DNA of 50,855 nucleotides from an uncultured Thermoplasmatales archaeon. Its GTDB lineage: Archaea > Thermoplasmatota > E2 > DHVEG-1. Below the pieces are notes generated by a model. That model worked only from the letters and a program-made list of their open reading frames with translations, was not told where the DNA came from and did not search any database. This document shows, piece after piece, positions 1-9,586 of the stretch. Position 1 is the first letter of the stretch. The number at the start of each line of letters is the position of its first letter. A program made the position numbers and the translations under genes. The stretch spans positions 1 to 50,855 of the forward strand of contig CAYMMP010000002.1 of the NCBI GenBank assembly GCA_964391625.1. The letters run 5' to 3'.

Positions 1-2
1 AC

Positions 3-1679
3 ATTGATGAGCCAACATGCCTAGGAGTACCACCATATATCAGCCCATACCCAAGGTATATTGCTGGTGCAATATGGGATTTTGATAAACATATTAATGT
101 GAGCTACTATACAATAGATCAAATACGTAAAAATTCAGAAATTATTGATTTTTTAACAAAAAATGATGTAATTATTACAATAGCTGGAATGAGTGTTCCA
201 GGAAGATATCTATCTGGTTTTCCTGCATCTCCAAATGAAATAACTAACCTGATGAATAGTTTATCAAAACCAATCAAAATATTATCAGGCCCTGCAGCAA
301 AACATGGTTTTGGAATGTCTGGTGGCAAAAAAACAAGAGAGATTAAAGATGTTTTTGATTTGATAATCAGTGGAGATGGAGAAATTGTAATCGATGAACT
401 GTTAAAAAACAAATTAAATCCAGATAAAGTTGATCCATCAGAATGTCGTAAAAATGCAGATAAAATCAAAGAATTTGCAATTAAAGGGTCAGATATAGTA
501 AAGCAACATCCTTACTATCCTCATTATCTAATAACTGAGATAGAAACTTATAGAGGCTGTGCTAGATCCATTGTAGGAGGATGCTCTTTCTGTAGTGAAC
601 CAAGCAAAGGATTACCAGATTTTAGATCTGTTAAAGATATTATCAGCGAAATCAAAGTACTTTATGAAAGTGGCATTAGACATTTTCGACTTGGCAACCA
701 ACCGTGTATCTTTTCATATATGGCAAAAGACGCAGGGAAAGAAGAATTCCCAAAGCCAAATCCAGATGCAATAGAAAGCCTATTCAAAGGAATAAAAGAA
801 GTTGCACCTGATCCTAAAACACTTCATATCGATAATGCAAATCCTGGAATTATTGCAAGATATTCAACAGAATCTAAAGAAATAGCAAAGACAATTGTAA
901 AATATCATACATCCGGAGATGTAGCTGCTTTTGGGGTTGAAAGTGTAGATCCAGAAGTCATTAAGAAAAACAATCTAAAAGCATCAGCTGAAGAGGTTTT
1001 AAAAGCAATCAAAATTCTAAATGAAGTTGGATCAAAGAAAGGTTCAAATGGCATGCCTGAACTGCTTCCAGGATTAAACTTTGTGTTTGGGTTGGAAGGT
1101 GAAAGTAAGAAAACATTTGAATTAAACTACGAATTTTTAAAGAATATATTGGATCAAAATCTTCTTTTACGTAGAATCAACCTTAGGCAGATAATTCCAA
1201 TTCCAGGTACCAAGATGGGGGAGATCGGTAACAAACTTGTAAATAAGCATAAAGCTGATTTTAAGAAATTCAAGAGACGTGTTAAGGAAGATATAGAGCA
1301 ACCTTTGTTGAAGAAGATGTTGCCTGTTGGGAGCGTTTTAAGAGACGTTTATACAGAAAAACTCGATGGAAAGCTTGTCTTTGGAAGGCAAATAGGTAGC
1401 TATCCTTTGCTTATTGGAATACCTGGAGTGCAAGAATTGAACAAATTCAATGATGTAAAGATTGTTGATTATGGATTTAGATCAATTACAGGCGTTCCAT
1501 ACCCACTAGATATCAATAATGCATCCAGAGAAACGATAGAGGCCATACCAGGTATTGGAAAGAAACGCGCAATTAGAATCTTTGCAAATAGGCCTTTTAA
1601 AAATAAAGATGATTTTCTAAATACTTTAGACGAACCTGAAATCGGTAATCAAATCCTTGATTTTTTATATTTTAAATAG
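3..1679 (+). CDS. Radical SAM Fe-S oxidoreductase with C-terminal helix-hairpin-helix; 5' end runs off the window
   Basis: The track ORF starts at GTG 99, but the same frame is stop-free back to base 3 (IDEPTCLGVPPYISPYPRYIAGAIW...), so the gene is truncated by the window edge. It has the Cys cluster YRGCARSIVGGCSFC and a C-terminal IPGIGKKRAIRIF HhH-like motif. Confidence 0.75.
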   Translation: MDEPTCLGVPPYISPYPRYIAGAIWDFDKHINVSYYTIDQIRKNSEIIDFLTKNDVIITIAGMSVPGRYLSGFPASPNEITNLMNSLSKPIKILSGPAAKHGFGMSGGKKTREIKDVFDLIISGDGEIVIDELLKNKLNPDKVDPSECRKNADKIKEFAIKGSDIVKQHPYYPHYLITEIETYRGCARSIVGGCSFCSEPSKGLPDFRSVKDIISEIKVLYESGIRHFRLGNQPCIFSYMAKDAGKEEFPKPNPDAIESLFKGIKEVAPDPKTLHIDNANPGIIARYSTESKEIAKTIVKYHTSGDVAAFGVESVDPEVIKKNNLKASAEEVLKAIKILNEVGSKKGSNGMPELLPGLNFVFGLEGESKKTFELNYEFLKNILDQNLLLRRINLRQIIPIPGTKMGEIGNKLVNKHKADFKKFKRRVKEDIEQPLLKKMLPVGSVLRDVYTEKLDGKLVFGRQIGSYPLLIGIPGVQELNKFNDVKIVDYGFRSITGVPYPLDINNASRETIEAIPGIGKKRAIRIFANRPFKNKDDFLNTLDEPEIGNQILDFLYFK

Positions 1680-1719
1680 TTGATATTAAATAATAATTCT
1701 TTATACAGGGTTAACACAC

Positions 1720-2181
1720 ATGGATGAAAAAGATTTAAAGAAACTAGAAAAGAAGATCAGCTACAAATTCAAAAACAAAGAGCTATTAAAGAATGCATTA
1801 ACCCACAAGACCTATGCATTTGAAGCCAAAACACCAGTTGAGTACAATGAAAGGCTTGAATTCTTAGGAGATAGTATTCTTGGTTTTGTTGTAGCTGAAG
1901 AGCTTTATCACAGTAACAAATATTTTTCAGAAGGAGAGCTTACTAGAAGAAGATCTGTACGGGTAAACAATAGTTTCTTGGCAAAGAAAGCAAAGGAGCT
2001 TGGGATTGGAGATTTCTTATTTCTTGGTGTCGGCGAAATTAAACAAGAAGGATTTAAAAATCCAACAAACCTTGCAAATGCACTCGAAGCATTAATTGGC
2101 GCTATCTATTTGGATTCGGACCCTGAAACAGTTCATAATTTTATAAAAAAGATTATTTTTGATGAGGATTTTCAATTATAG
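1720..2181 (+). CDS. RNase III catalytic-domain protein lacking a dsRNA-binding domain
   Basis: It carries the NERLEFLGDSIL signature, identical to the bacterial RNase III motif, and a second block GEIKQEGFKNPTNLANALEALIGAIYLD. The protein ends about 25 aa after that block, so there is no room for a dsRBD. Confidence 0.8.
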   Translation: MDEKDLKKLEKKISYKFKNKELLKNALTHKTYAFEAKTPVEYNERLEFLGDSILGFVVAEELYHSNKYFSEGELTRRRSVRVNNSFLAKKAKELGIGDFLFLGVGEIKQEGFKNPTNLANALEALIGAIYLDSDPETVHNFIKKIIFDEDFQL

Positions 2182-2184
2182 ATC

Positions 2185-2790
2185 TCATTTTTTTGATAAA
2201 TAGTAAACATCTAGAGTTTCATCGATGAATTTCTTGCCATTTACAATTTCTGATTTAAAGCTATTTTTATAAACTATCCTTTCAAGTTTTTTTCGATCAG
2301 ATAGTGAACTGAAAACAAAATATGCTTTACCTGCATCATCAAGATGCTTGTTTAAGCCTTCGATGAAACGTTTAGTTGCACTCAAGCCATCTATGCCGCC
2401 ATTAACAGCTTTATCAAACCATCCTCCAACAATATCACCTTTTTTTGACGGCAAATAGGGTGGATTAAAAATTATTACATTGAATCTTTCATTGGATTTT
2501 AAAACAGAAAAAAGATCGCCTTGTCTTATCTCAATAGTTCCTTTAATCTTGGATTTATTTTTTTCCAAATTTTCTTTAACAAGATCAGTAGCAAAAGGAT
2601 TGATATCAGAGCAGACGACATCAGCACCTTTACTAGCGCAGTATAGGCTTATTATTCCACAACCAGTTCCAATTTCAAAGATTCTATTGTTGCTATTAAC
2701 GTCTAAAACATCTAGAATTAAATAAGTATCTTCTGCAGGGTCGTAAACCTCAGGATGTGTATCAATTTCAAGACCGTTATAATGAAACAT
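2185..2790 (-). CDS. HemK/Mtq2-type SAM-dependent (N5-glutamine) methyltransferase
   Basis: It has the SAM-binding motif EIGTGCGIISLY and the NPPY motif (VIIFNPPYLP). The length of about 200 aa is typical of archaeal Mtq2-like enzymes. Confidence 0.7.
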   Translation of the reverse strand: MFHYNGLEIDTHPEVYDPAEDTYLILDVLDVNSNNRIFEIGTGCGIISLYCASKGADVVCSDINPFATDLVKENLEKNKSKIKGTIEIRQGDLFSVLKSNERFNVIIFNPPYLPSKKGDIVGGWFDKAVNGGIDGLSATKRFIEGLNKHLDDAGKAYFVFSSLSDRKKLERIVYKNSFKSEIVNGKKFIDETLDVYYLSKK

Positions 2791-2852
2791 TAATTATCTA
2801 ATAAAATAAAGAATTAAAAAGGTTTATAAAGAAAAAATTGCTCACTCAAAAC

Positions 2853-3128
2853 ATGCAAGAAAGAACCAAAGCACAAATAACAATAGGCTTTCTAGCTTTT
2901 TTTTCATCTATGTGGATACTAATAGAACAAGCAAAAAATTATTCCAACCCACTTTATATAGTTGGAATTGTATTGATTTTGCTTGTTGTAATGCTTGTTT
3001 TGTCATATGTCATTATTGCAATATTGGATTGGATTGGAGTATTTGATCTGAAGACAAATTCAGTTTTAACATTAATTGTTTTAGCCACATTCATGATAAA
3101 TTTAACAGTTTATCTAATACAAAGTTAA
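2853..3128 (+). CDS. Small hypothetical membrane protein (3 predicted TM helices)
   Basis: The ORF has hydrophobic helices. The first ATG is at 2853, whereas the track start at 2838 is TTG. No family was recognised. Confidence 0.4.
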   Translation: MQERTKAQITIGFLAFFSSMWILIEQAKNYSNPLYIVGIVLILLVVMLVLSYVIIAILDWIGVFDLKTNSVLTLIVLATFMINLTVYLIQS

Positions 3129-3131
3129 ACA

Positions 3132-3749
3132 TTATTTCTTACTTATCTTATTTAATAAATTTCTAAAATTCTCTTGACTTTCTTTTAAAACATTTTCTGC
3201 AATTTTACGGTCAGTAATATTTTTTAATATCATTGTTACGCCCTGTCTCCCGTCTTCAAAGGTGGTTGGAACGATATTAATTACAAAAAAATAAAAATCA
3301 TTTCCTTTTCTAAAATCAATCTCCTGTCTGAAATTTTTTCCCTCAAGAGCCTCATTTATTCCCACCAATACTTCACTACCATCATCAAACAGTTTCCGAA
3401 TAATCTCATGAACTGATTCTCCAAGTATATTTCCCCGATCCGCATTTAAAAAACTTAGAAAAGATTCGTTAATCATGGTAATCTTCATATTTGCATCAAA
3501 GGTAAGAACGTAGTCTGAAGTATAATTCAACATATCTGATATAGGGACTCTTTTTGCTGGAAAGTATACTTTTGCAGGACCAAATGTAATCATCTCCACA
3601 AGACCAGAAATGCGCATTATGTCCAGATATTTTGCTACAGAATTCCTATTAATCTTAATTTTTCTGGATATGTCGGTAACTGTCATCCCTTTTGGATTCT
3701 CTTTTAAAATATGTTGAATTAATGTAATTTCCTGCTGATAAGAATCCAT
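3132..3749 (-). CDS. Winged-helix HTH + PAS domain transcriptional regulator
   Basis: The N-terminal MTVTDISRKIKINRNSVAKYLDIMRISGLVEM is wHTH-like. The remaining roughly 130 aa are PAS-like (ILGESVHEI...FFVINIVP...GVTMILKNITDRK). Confidence 0.65.
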   Translation of the reverse strand: MDSYQQEITLIQHILKENPKGMTVTDISRKIKINRNSVAKYLDIMRISGLVEMITFGPAKVYFPAKRVPISDMLNYTSDYVLTFDANMKITMINESFLSFLNADRGNILGESVHEIIRKLFDDGSEVLVGINEALEGKNFRQEIDFRKGNDFYFFVINIVPTTFEDGRQGVTMILKNITDRKIAENVLKESQENFRNLLNKISKK

Positions 3750-3849
3750 CCATTGTGAATCTTTTAATTACTATTTATGCATTTCTTTTTTGATTTGCAT
3801 AAATGCCATGCAAAGAGCGGAATATTTATATACTAAATAAATAATACCT

Positions 3850-3877
3850 GCATTGCAATGCGTTATTGCATTGCGTT
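3850..3877. promoter_or_regulatory. Perfect 12-bp palindrome GCATTGCAATGC overlapping two tandem 13-mers (ATTGCAATGCGTT / ATTGCATTGCGTT)
   Basis: This was read directly from the sequence. It lies in the divergent intergenic region between the HTH-PAS regulator (start 3749, minus strand) and the M28 peptidase (start 4161, plus strand). Confidence 0.4.
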
Positions 3878-4026
3878 GGTTGGGGAAGATAGTGACACGA
3901 AAAGAAGTGCCGAAAAAAAATTTCCATGCATCCCATTCCAAAATTTTTCCCATAATATCGGCACGAAAATTGAGAGTTATTTTCTTTCCAACTTTCCTCC
4001 CCACATCTTTCCTCCTACATCCTTTT

Positions 4027-4088
4027 GAGGTGCCTCCTCTTTGCGCATTCCCATCTCTCATCCCATAAAACAGAGGTGCCTCCTCTTT
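4027..4088. repeat. Two exact copies of the 16-mer GAGGTGCCTCCTCTTT (4027-4042 and 4073-4088)
   Basis: This direct repeat was read from the sequence, 46 bp start to start, in the intergenic region upstream of the peptidase gene. Confidence 0.6.
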
Positions 4089-4160
4089 TTAACATATGAT
4101 TGTTTTTAATATAGCAACATTTATAATATTTGATAACATCTGGATTAACAGGGGTAAATT

Positions 4161-5471
4161 ATGATAAAGACGTCTGTTGTAGGCATTTGTTTGATGTTCG
4201 TTCTAAGTGCAACATTATCATCGGGTTTAGTTTTAAACGGAGAAATAAAAGAGAATAAAACAGAAATAGAAGCCTGTACCATTCCTTCAAAAATCAAGCA
4301 AATAATTAACAAAATAAATGAAACGCTTCTAGAAAACTATCTACAGACTTTGGTTGATCTTGGTCCAAGGATGACTGGAACCCATGGAGCTGAAATTGCA
4401 GCAGAATATCTTACAAAAGAATTAGAAAAGATGGGATATGATGTTGAATACCAATATTTTGAAGAGTGCGGCAATATTTGGAATCCTAAATTATTTAAAG
4501 GTAAAAATATAATTGTTACTTTAAATGGGACAAACGATCCTGAAGAAGATATATTGATTTTCAATGCACACTATGACACCACTAAAGATTCTGTAGGTGG
4601 AGTAGATGATGGGACTGGAGTTGCTGGAGTTCTAGGTGCTGCTTATGCAATGAGCCAGTTTACATTCAATAGAACCATTAAATTTGTACTTTTTTCAGGT
4701 GAAGAGATTGGTCTCGTGGGATCAAATGTTTATTCAAAGAGAGCTTATGAGCAAAATCAAGACATATTTTTAGAAATCAATGCTGACATGATCGGAGTTT
4801 CAAATACAACAGAAGATGGAAAAACAGCAAGACTTTCAGGTGTAGAAGACGCGGAATGGATTATGGAAAAAATTGAAAATATAAGCACCGATTATAATCT
4901 TGATTTAGGTTTTGAAAATTTCCCTAGATGGGACATGGATCCCTATTATTATCGAGGATATAGTGATTACTTTGGTTTTATTACACATGGTTATAACTCG
5001 ATTGCATTCTGGGAATCTGGCAGTTATGAATATGCAAACACCCCTCTTGATTTTATCGACTATGTAAACTACAGCTATCTTTCAAGAATGACAAAACTAA
5101 TAACAGCTACATTGGCATATTTGGCAGATGCAGAACTTGAATATCCACAAATAAAAATCACTTCCCCAAAAAAGGGAAAAGTGTATTATGAAGACAGGAT
5201 AATAAAAGATTTGAAAGGTACAAAATCAATTGTTTTTGATGACGTTTTGATATATTTTGACGTAGAAGAAGGAAATGCGCCAATTGATAGAATCGAACTT
5301 TATTATAATGGGAAATTGTTAGAGACCATTAAGGAAAAACCATATGCATATCGTCTAAACAAGCTATCGTTTAGAAAACATTTAATTGAGGCTTATGTTT
5401 ATGATACCGAAGGTAGAACTGACAGTGATTTTGTTTACATCCATTATTACAATTTCCTAAAAAATAGATAG
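4161..5471 (+). CDS. Secreted M28-family aminopeptidase with C-terminal Ig-like extension
   Basis: It has an N-terminal signal/anchor (VVGICLMFVLSATLSSG) and the M28 metal-ligand blocks NAHYDT, DDGTGVAGVLGAAYAM and FSGEEIGLVGS. Confidence 0.8.
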   Translation: MIKTSVVGICLMFVLSATLSSGLVLNGEIKENKTEIEACTIPSKIKQIINKINETLLENYLQTLVDLGPRMTGTHGAEIAAEYLTKELEKMGYDVEYQYFEECGNIWNPKLFKGKNIIVTLNGTNDPEEDILIFNAHYDTTKDSVGGVDDGTGVAGVLGAAYAMSQFTFNRTIKFVLFSGEEIGLVGSNVYSKRAYEQNQDIFLEINADMIGVSNTTEDGKTARLSGVEDAEWIMEKIENISTDYNLDLGFENFPRWDMDPYYYRGYSDYFGFITHGYNSIAFWESGSYEYANTPLDFIDYVNYSYLSRMTKLITATLAYLADAELEYPQIKITSPKKGKVYYEDRIIKDLKGTKSIVFDDVLIYFDVEEGNAPIDRIELYYNGKLLETIKEKPYAYRLNKLSFRKHLIEAYVYDTEGRTDSDFVYIHYYNFLKNR

Positions 5472-5529
5472 ATACATCAACAGTATTATAAAAAGAAATT
5501 TAATTACCTGTTTTTCAAGGGGGAGAATT

Positions 5530-6360
5530 ATGAAACTTGCATTAATTTCGATGAAACCTAGTATCGGAGATAAAAAAGCAAATTTAAAAAAAATGCAAAG
5601 CTACATTGAAAAAAATAAGGCAGACATGTATGTTTTTCCTGAGCTTGCGTTAACTGGATACCCTATAAAAGATGAGATTAGAGACCTAATAGAACCGATA
5701 GATGGTCCTTCAATAAACTATATGAAAAATATAGCAAAGAAAAACAAATGTTACATTGTTTTTGGTATGCCTTTAAAGGACCCGGATGTTGAAGGTCTAA
5801 ATCATAATTCAGCAGTTTTAATTCATCCTAATGGCAAGGTAGATTCCTATGACAAATGGTTTTTACCAACATTTGGCCCTTTTGAAGAAAAAATATTTTG
5901 GGACGAAGGCGAAAAACTTAAGCTATGCAATACTAAATTTGGCAAAATTGGTCTAATTATCTGTTATGACATTTTCTTCCCAGAGCTTTGCAAAGCGTAC
6001 TCCCTACTTGGCGCAGACATGATTATATGCATATCTGCAGCACCGTCTGTCAACAGAAAATATTTTGAAACAATCATTCCTGCTAGAGCTATTGAAAATA
6101 CAATCTTCTTCATTTACAATAATCTTGCAGGAACTCAGGAAGATCTTGTATTTTTTGGTGGCTCACAGGTCTATGGCCCGCTATCAAACCAGATTGTTAA
6201 AGCACCTTATCTTAAAGAAAGCATCGTGACTTGCGATTTGGATTTAAGCTTGATTAAATTAGCTCGTGCCAATCGTCCAGTTATAAGAGATATCAGGCCA
6301 CAAATCTATGATGATCTTTATCACATTTCTCGATTCCATAAGAGGTCTACTAAAAAATAG
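5530..6360 (+). CDS. Carbon-nitrogen hydrolase (nitrilase superfamily)
   Basis: The Glu-Lys-Cys triad contexts are present: FPELALTGYP, DKWFLP and GLIICYDIFFPE. Confidence 0.8.
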   Translation: MKLALISMKPSIGDKKANLKKMQSYIEKNKADMYVFPELALTGYPIKDEIRDLIEPIDGPSINYMKNIAKKNKCYIVFGMPLKDPDVEGLNHNSAVLIHPNGKVDSYDKWFLPTFGPFEEKIFWDEGEKLKLCNTKFGKIGLIICYDIFFPELCKAYSLLGADMIICISAAPSVNRKYFETIIPARAIENTIFFIYNNLAGTQEDLVFFGGSQVYGPLSNQIVKAPYLKESIVTCDLDLSLIKLARANRPVIRDIRPQIYDDLYHISRFHKRSTKK

Positions 6361-6451
6361 GTAAAATATGAAATTTTACAAAAGTTATTTACATAAAAAA
6401 CATATTCGGGAACGTCTATCCAATCTTTTTGGTTGCGGGGAGCATCATTAG

Positions 6452-7309
6452 ATGAAGAAGTTAGATGAAAAAGAAAGTAGAGAATTAGAGTTGACAGCAG
6501 TTAGAGTAAGAAAGCATATTATTGATATGCTTTATAGAGCGAAGTCTGGACATCCGGGTGGCTCGCTGTCTGCTGTCGAGGCACTTGTAGCATTGTATTT
6601 TCATTATATGTATCACAATCCAAAAAAACCTTTAGACCCTGATCGAGATCGATTTATCTTAAGCAAAGGACATGCTGCCCCAGCATTATATGCTGTTTTA
6701 GCAGAATCAGGATATTTTGATGTTAAGGAATTAAAAAAATTAAGACAAATTAATAGCATGTTGCAGGGGCACCCTGTTTGCAAATCCATCCCTGGCGTTG
6801 AAGCCTCTACAGGATCTCTAGGGCATGGACTTTCTTTTGGAATTGGCGTAGCTCTTGCAGGAAAGCTTGACAAGAAAGATTATCGTGTTTATGTAATGCT
6901 TGGTGACGGTGAAACAAATGAAGGGCAGGTTTGGGAAGCAGCAGCTGTTGCCTCTCACTATAAACTAGATAACCTAATTGCATTATTGGACAGAAACTAC
7001 CTTCAAATCGATGGAAACACGGAGAATGTATTGCGTCTTGAGCCAGTTAAAGATCGGTGGAGTGCTTTTGGCTGGCATGTAATAGAAACAAAGGGTCATG
7101 AGTTCTCCGAGATTATCGGGGCATTAAACAAAGCAACTGATGTTCAAAATCGCCCTACACTAATTATTCTTAATACCATCAAAGGGAAAGGGGTTTCATT
7201 TATGGAAAATAACGTTGATTTCCATGGCGTACCTCCAAATGAGATGGAGCGTGATCTTGCTATAGAAGATCTTACCAAGGTTGAGAAAAAACTGGAGGCG
7301 CAATTATGA
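6452..7309 (+). CDS. Transketolase, N-terminal (TPP pyrophosphate-binding) subunit
   Basis: It carries the GHPGGSLS and MLGDGETNEGQVWEAA motifs. It overlaps the next gene by 4 bp (ATGA). Confidence 0.9.
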   Translation: MKKLDEKESRELELTAVRVRKHIIDMLYRAKSGHPGGSLSAVEALVALYFHYMYHNPKKPLDPDRDRFILSKGHAAPALYAVLAESGYFDVKELKKLRQINSMLQGHPVCKSIPGVEASTGSLGHGLSFGIGVALAGKLDKKDYRVYVMLGDGETNEGQVWEAAAVASHYKLDNLIALLDRNYLQIDGNTENVLRLEPVKDRWSAFGWHVIETKGHEFSEIIGALNKATDVQNRPTLIILNTIKGKGVSFMENNVDFHGVPPNEMERDLAIEDLTKVEKKLEAQL

Positions 7310-8262
7310 GCGATAAACTAATGGTAAATCCACGTAATGCCTATGGTGAAGCACTAGTAGAGCTTGGTAAAAAAAACAAAAATCTTGTAGTATTAGATGC
7401 TGATCTATCAAAATCTACAAAGACTATTATGTTTGCAAAAAAATATCCTGAAAGATTTTTTGAAATGGGAATTGCTGAAGCAAATATGATTTCTGTTGCT
7501 GCAGGTTTTGCAAGCTGTGGAAAAATTCCTTTTGTAAGCACATTTGCTGTTTTTGCTACAGGCAGGGTTTACGATCAAATTCGTATGGATATTGCTTATT
7601 CTGATGCCAATGTAAAAATTTTTGCAACTCATGGTGGGATAAGTGTCGGAAAAGATGGTGCAAGCCATCAGATGGTTGAAGACATTGCGCTTATGCGAGT
7701 AATGCCCAATATGACTGTAATCGCTCCAAGTGATGCGACACAGACTGGTAGAATAGTACATTTGATGGCAGAGCAAAAAGGTCCAATGTATACGCGTATT
7801 GGACGCGCCAATGCACCAGTGATTTACAGTAAAAAAGATGTTGAAAATCTAAAACTAGGAAAGGGAATTGTAGTTGAAGATGGATCAGATATTACCTTCA
7901 TCTGTACAGGAACAATGGTGGAGCCGGCACTAGAAGCACATAAAATCTTGTCTAAAGAGGGGATTAAAGCCAGAGTAATTGACATGCACACTATCAAACC
8001 ATTGGATACAAAACTAGTTTTAAAGTGTGCTAAAGAAACCAATGGAATAATTACCGCTGAAGAACATTCCATAATAGGAGGATTGGGTGCTGCAGTCGCC
8101 GAAACACTTATGGATAGTGGCGTTCAAACAAAGTTTTTGAGGATGGGAGTAAAAGATATTTTTTGTGAAAGCGGTGACCCCGCAGATCTATGGGAAAAAT
8201 ATGAGTTGAATACAAAACATATGGTTAAAAAGGCTAAAAACATCTTAAAAAAATTAGCGTGA
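7306..8262 (+). CDS. Transketolase, C-terminal (pyrimidine-binding) subunit
   Basis: It has FFEMGIAEANMISVAAG and a C-terminal transketolase domain, in the split arrangement typical of archaea. Confidence 0.9.
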   Translation: MSDKLMVNPRNAYGEALVELGKKNKNLVVLDADLSKSTKTIMFAKKYPERFFEMGIAEANMISVAAGFASCGKIPFVSTFAVFATGRVYDQIRMDIAYSDANVKIFATHGGISVGKDGASHQMVEDIALMRVMPNMTVIAPSDATQTGRIVHLMAEQKGPMYTRIGRANAPVIYSKKDVENLKLGKGIVVEDGSDITFICTGTMVEPALEAHKILSKEGIKARVIDMHTIKPLDTKLVLKCAKETNGIITAEEHSIIGGLGAAVAETLMDSGVQTKFLRMGVKDIFCESGDPADLWEKYELNTKHMVKKAKNILKKLA

Positions 8263-9366
8263 AACTATTATTGTAAGCACATCCCCATCTTTTAAAACAT
8301 GATCAAGGCCCACTTTCTGAACATCATGTTTGGCAGAAGGGCCTGAAACATTTGCATATCTAAATTTATCTTTAAAAGTCCTGTGCAACTTCTTACAAGC
8401 ATCTTCCACAGTGCTACCGTCTTTTAGAATGAGAGGTTCATTCATATCTGCTTTTTTTCCAACTGGTTTCATGTAAATTCTTATAAATTTTAATTCTGAA
8501 AATATCTTTTCTTTTAGTAAGTCAACACCTTGATTATTCAAAGCAGAGATGCTTATTGCACCCCAGCCGCTATTTTCAATATATTGAATTCTACTTCTTA
8601 GTTCTTGTTTTGAGATTAAATCAATTTTATTAACTATTACAAAAGCTGGAACATAGACCCTGTTTTCTAAAAAGCAATCAATTAATTGATCTTCTGTAAT
8701 ATTCTCTCTTATTATTATATCTGCATTCACAACATATTCTGAGGCGATGGCTTTAATAATATCGTGATCTAAATGTGTAAGCTTTACAGTAGATGTTATA
8801 AAAATACCGCCAGTGCCTGTCCTTTTAATAACGACATCTGGCTTTTTTTGATTTAACCTTAATCCTGCTTTGTAAAGCTCTGCAGCCATTAAATCAATAT
8901 GCTCTTGATGTTGGGCATCGACCATAAACAAGATAAGATCTACATTACGAACAGCAGAAAGGATCTCATGTCCGCGACCTTTTCCCTCAGCCGCACCACT
9001 TATAAGTCCGGGCAAATCCAATATTTGGATTTTTGCACCTTTGTATTCCATCATTCCTGGAATGGCATCTAGTGTTGTAAAATCATACGATCCAACCCTG
9101 CTTTTAGCATCTGTAAGTTTATTTAAAAGAGTGCTTTTTCCAATGCTAGGAAAACCTATCAAGCCTACAGTAGCATCGCCTGATTTTTTTACAGAAAAGC
9201 CTTTGCCTTTAGCTCCGGCACTCTTTCTTTTCTCAACTTCTTGTCTTAAGCGAGCGAGTTTAGCCTTAAGTTTACCTATATGGTGCTCAGTAGCCTTGTT
9301 TTTCTGAGTATTGAAGATTTCGTCTTCTATATCTTTTATCTGCTTTTCAATGTCTAAAGTATCCAT
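8254..9366 (-). CDS. DRG/Obg-like GTPase with C-terminal TGS domain
   Basis: G1 is GFPSIGKSTLLN, G3 is DLPG and G4 is NKID. The C-terminal GDVLTIIV is TGS-like. Confidence 0.85.
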   Translation of the reverse strand: MDTLDIEKQIKDIEDEIFNTQKNKATEHHIGKLKAKLARLRQEVEKRKSAGAKGKGFSVKKSGDATVGLIGFPSIGKSTLLNKLTDAKSRVGSYDFTTLDAIPGMMEYKGAKIQILDLPGLISGAAEGKGRGHEILSAVRNVDLILFMVDAQHQEHIDLMAAELYKAGLRLNQKKPDVVIKRTGTGGIFITSTVKLTHLDHDIIKAIASEYVVNADIIIRENITEDQLIDCFLENRVYVPAFVIVNKIDLISKQELRSRIQYIENSGWGAISISALNNQGVDLLKEKIFSELKFIRIYMKPVGKKADMNEPLILKDGSTVEDACKKLHRTFKDKFRYANVSGPSAKHDVQKVGLDHVLKDGDVLTIIVSR

Positions 9367-9586
9367 ATTAGCAAAGACCGAATAAAAAAGGGTTTAATAA
9401 AAACTATCAAAAACCCATTTAAAACCATTTTTCCAACAGAATGCTAAATGGAGACATGGTTTTGGAATTTTGAAGGGATTTCTCGATATGGGGCTTTATG
9501 TTTCTATAACTTATTTTTTTATTTGAGGGTTAAAAAATGGATGGAAATATGAACCCAGGAAACGGAGCTGCAGGGTGGTGTAAAAG

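Noticed and set aside
3771-4068. Track ORFs 3771..4061 (-) and 3853..4068 (+) in the 411-bp intergenic region.
   Set aside because: The two ORFs overlap each other on opposite strands. Their composition is odd (R/G/K-rich, or P/F/L-rich shadow), no family motif is present, and they coincide with palindromes and direct repeats. I treat the region as regulatory or RNA-like rather than coding.
4027-4088. CRISPR-like or tandem-repeat array.
   Set aside because: Only two copies of a 16-mer are present, the repeat has no characteristic CRISPR length or structure, and there are no cas genes. I saw no array anywhere in the window.
6361-6379. Hairpin GTAAAAT-ATGA-ATTTTAC immediately after the nitrilase-family stop codon.
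   Set aside because: It is an AT-only 7-bp stem, expected frequently by chance at this base composition. Archaeal termination relies mainly on oligo-T, so it is not worth calling as a terminator.
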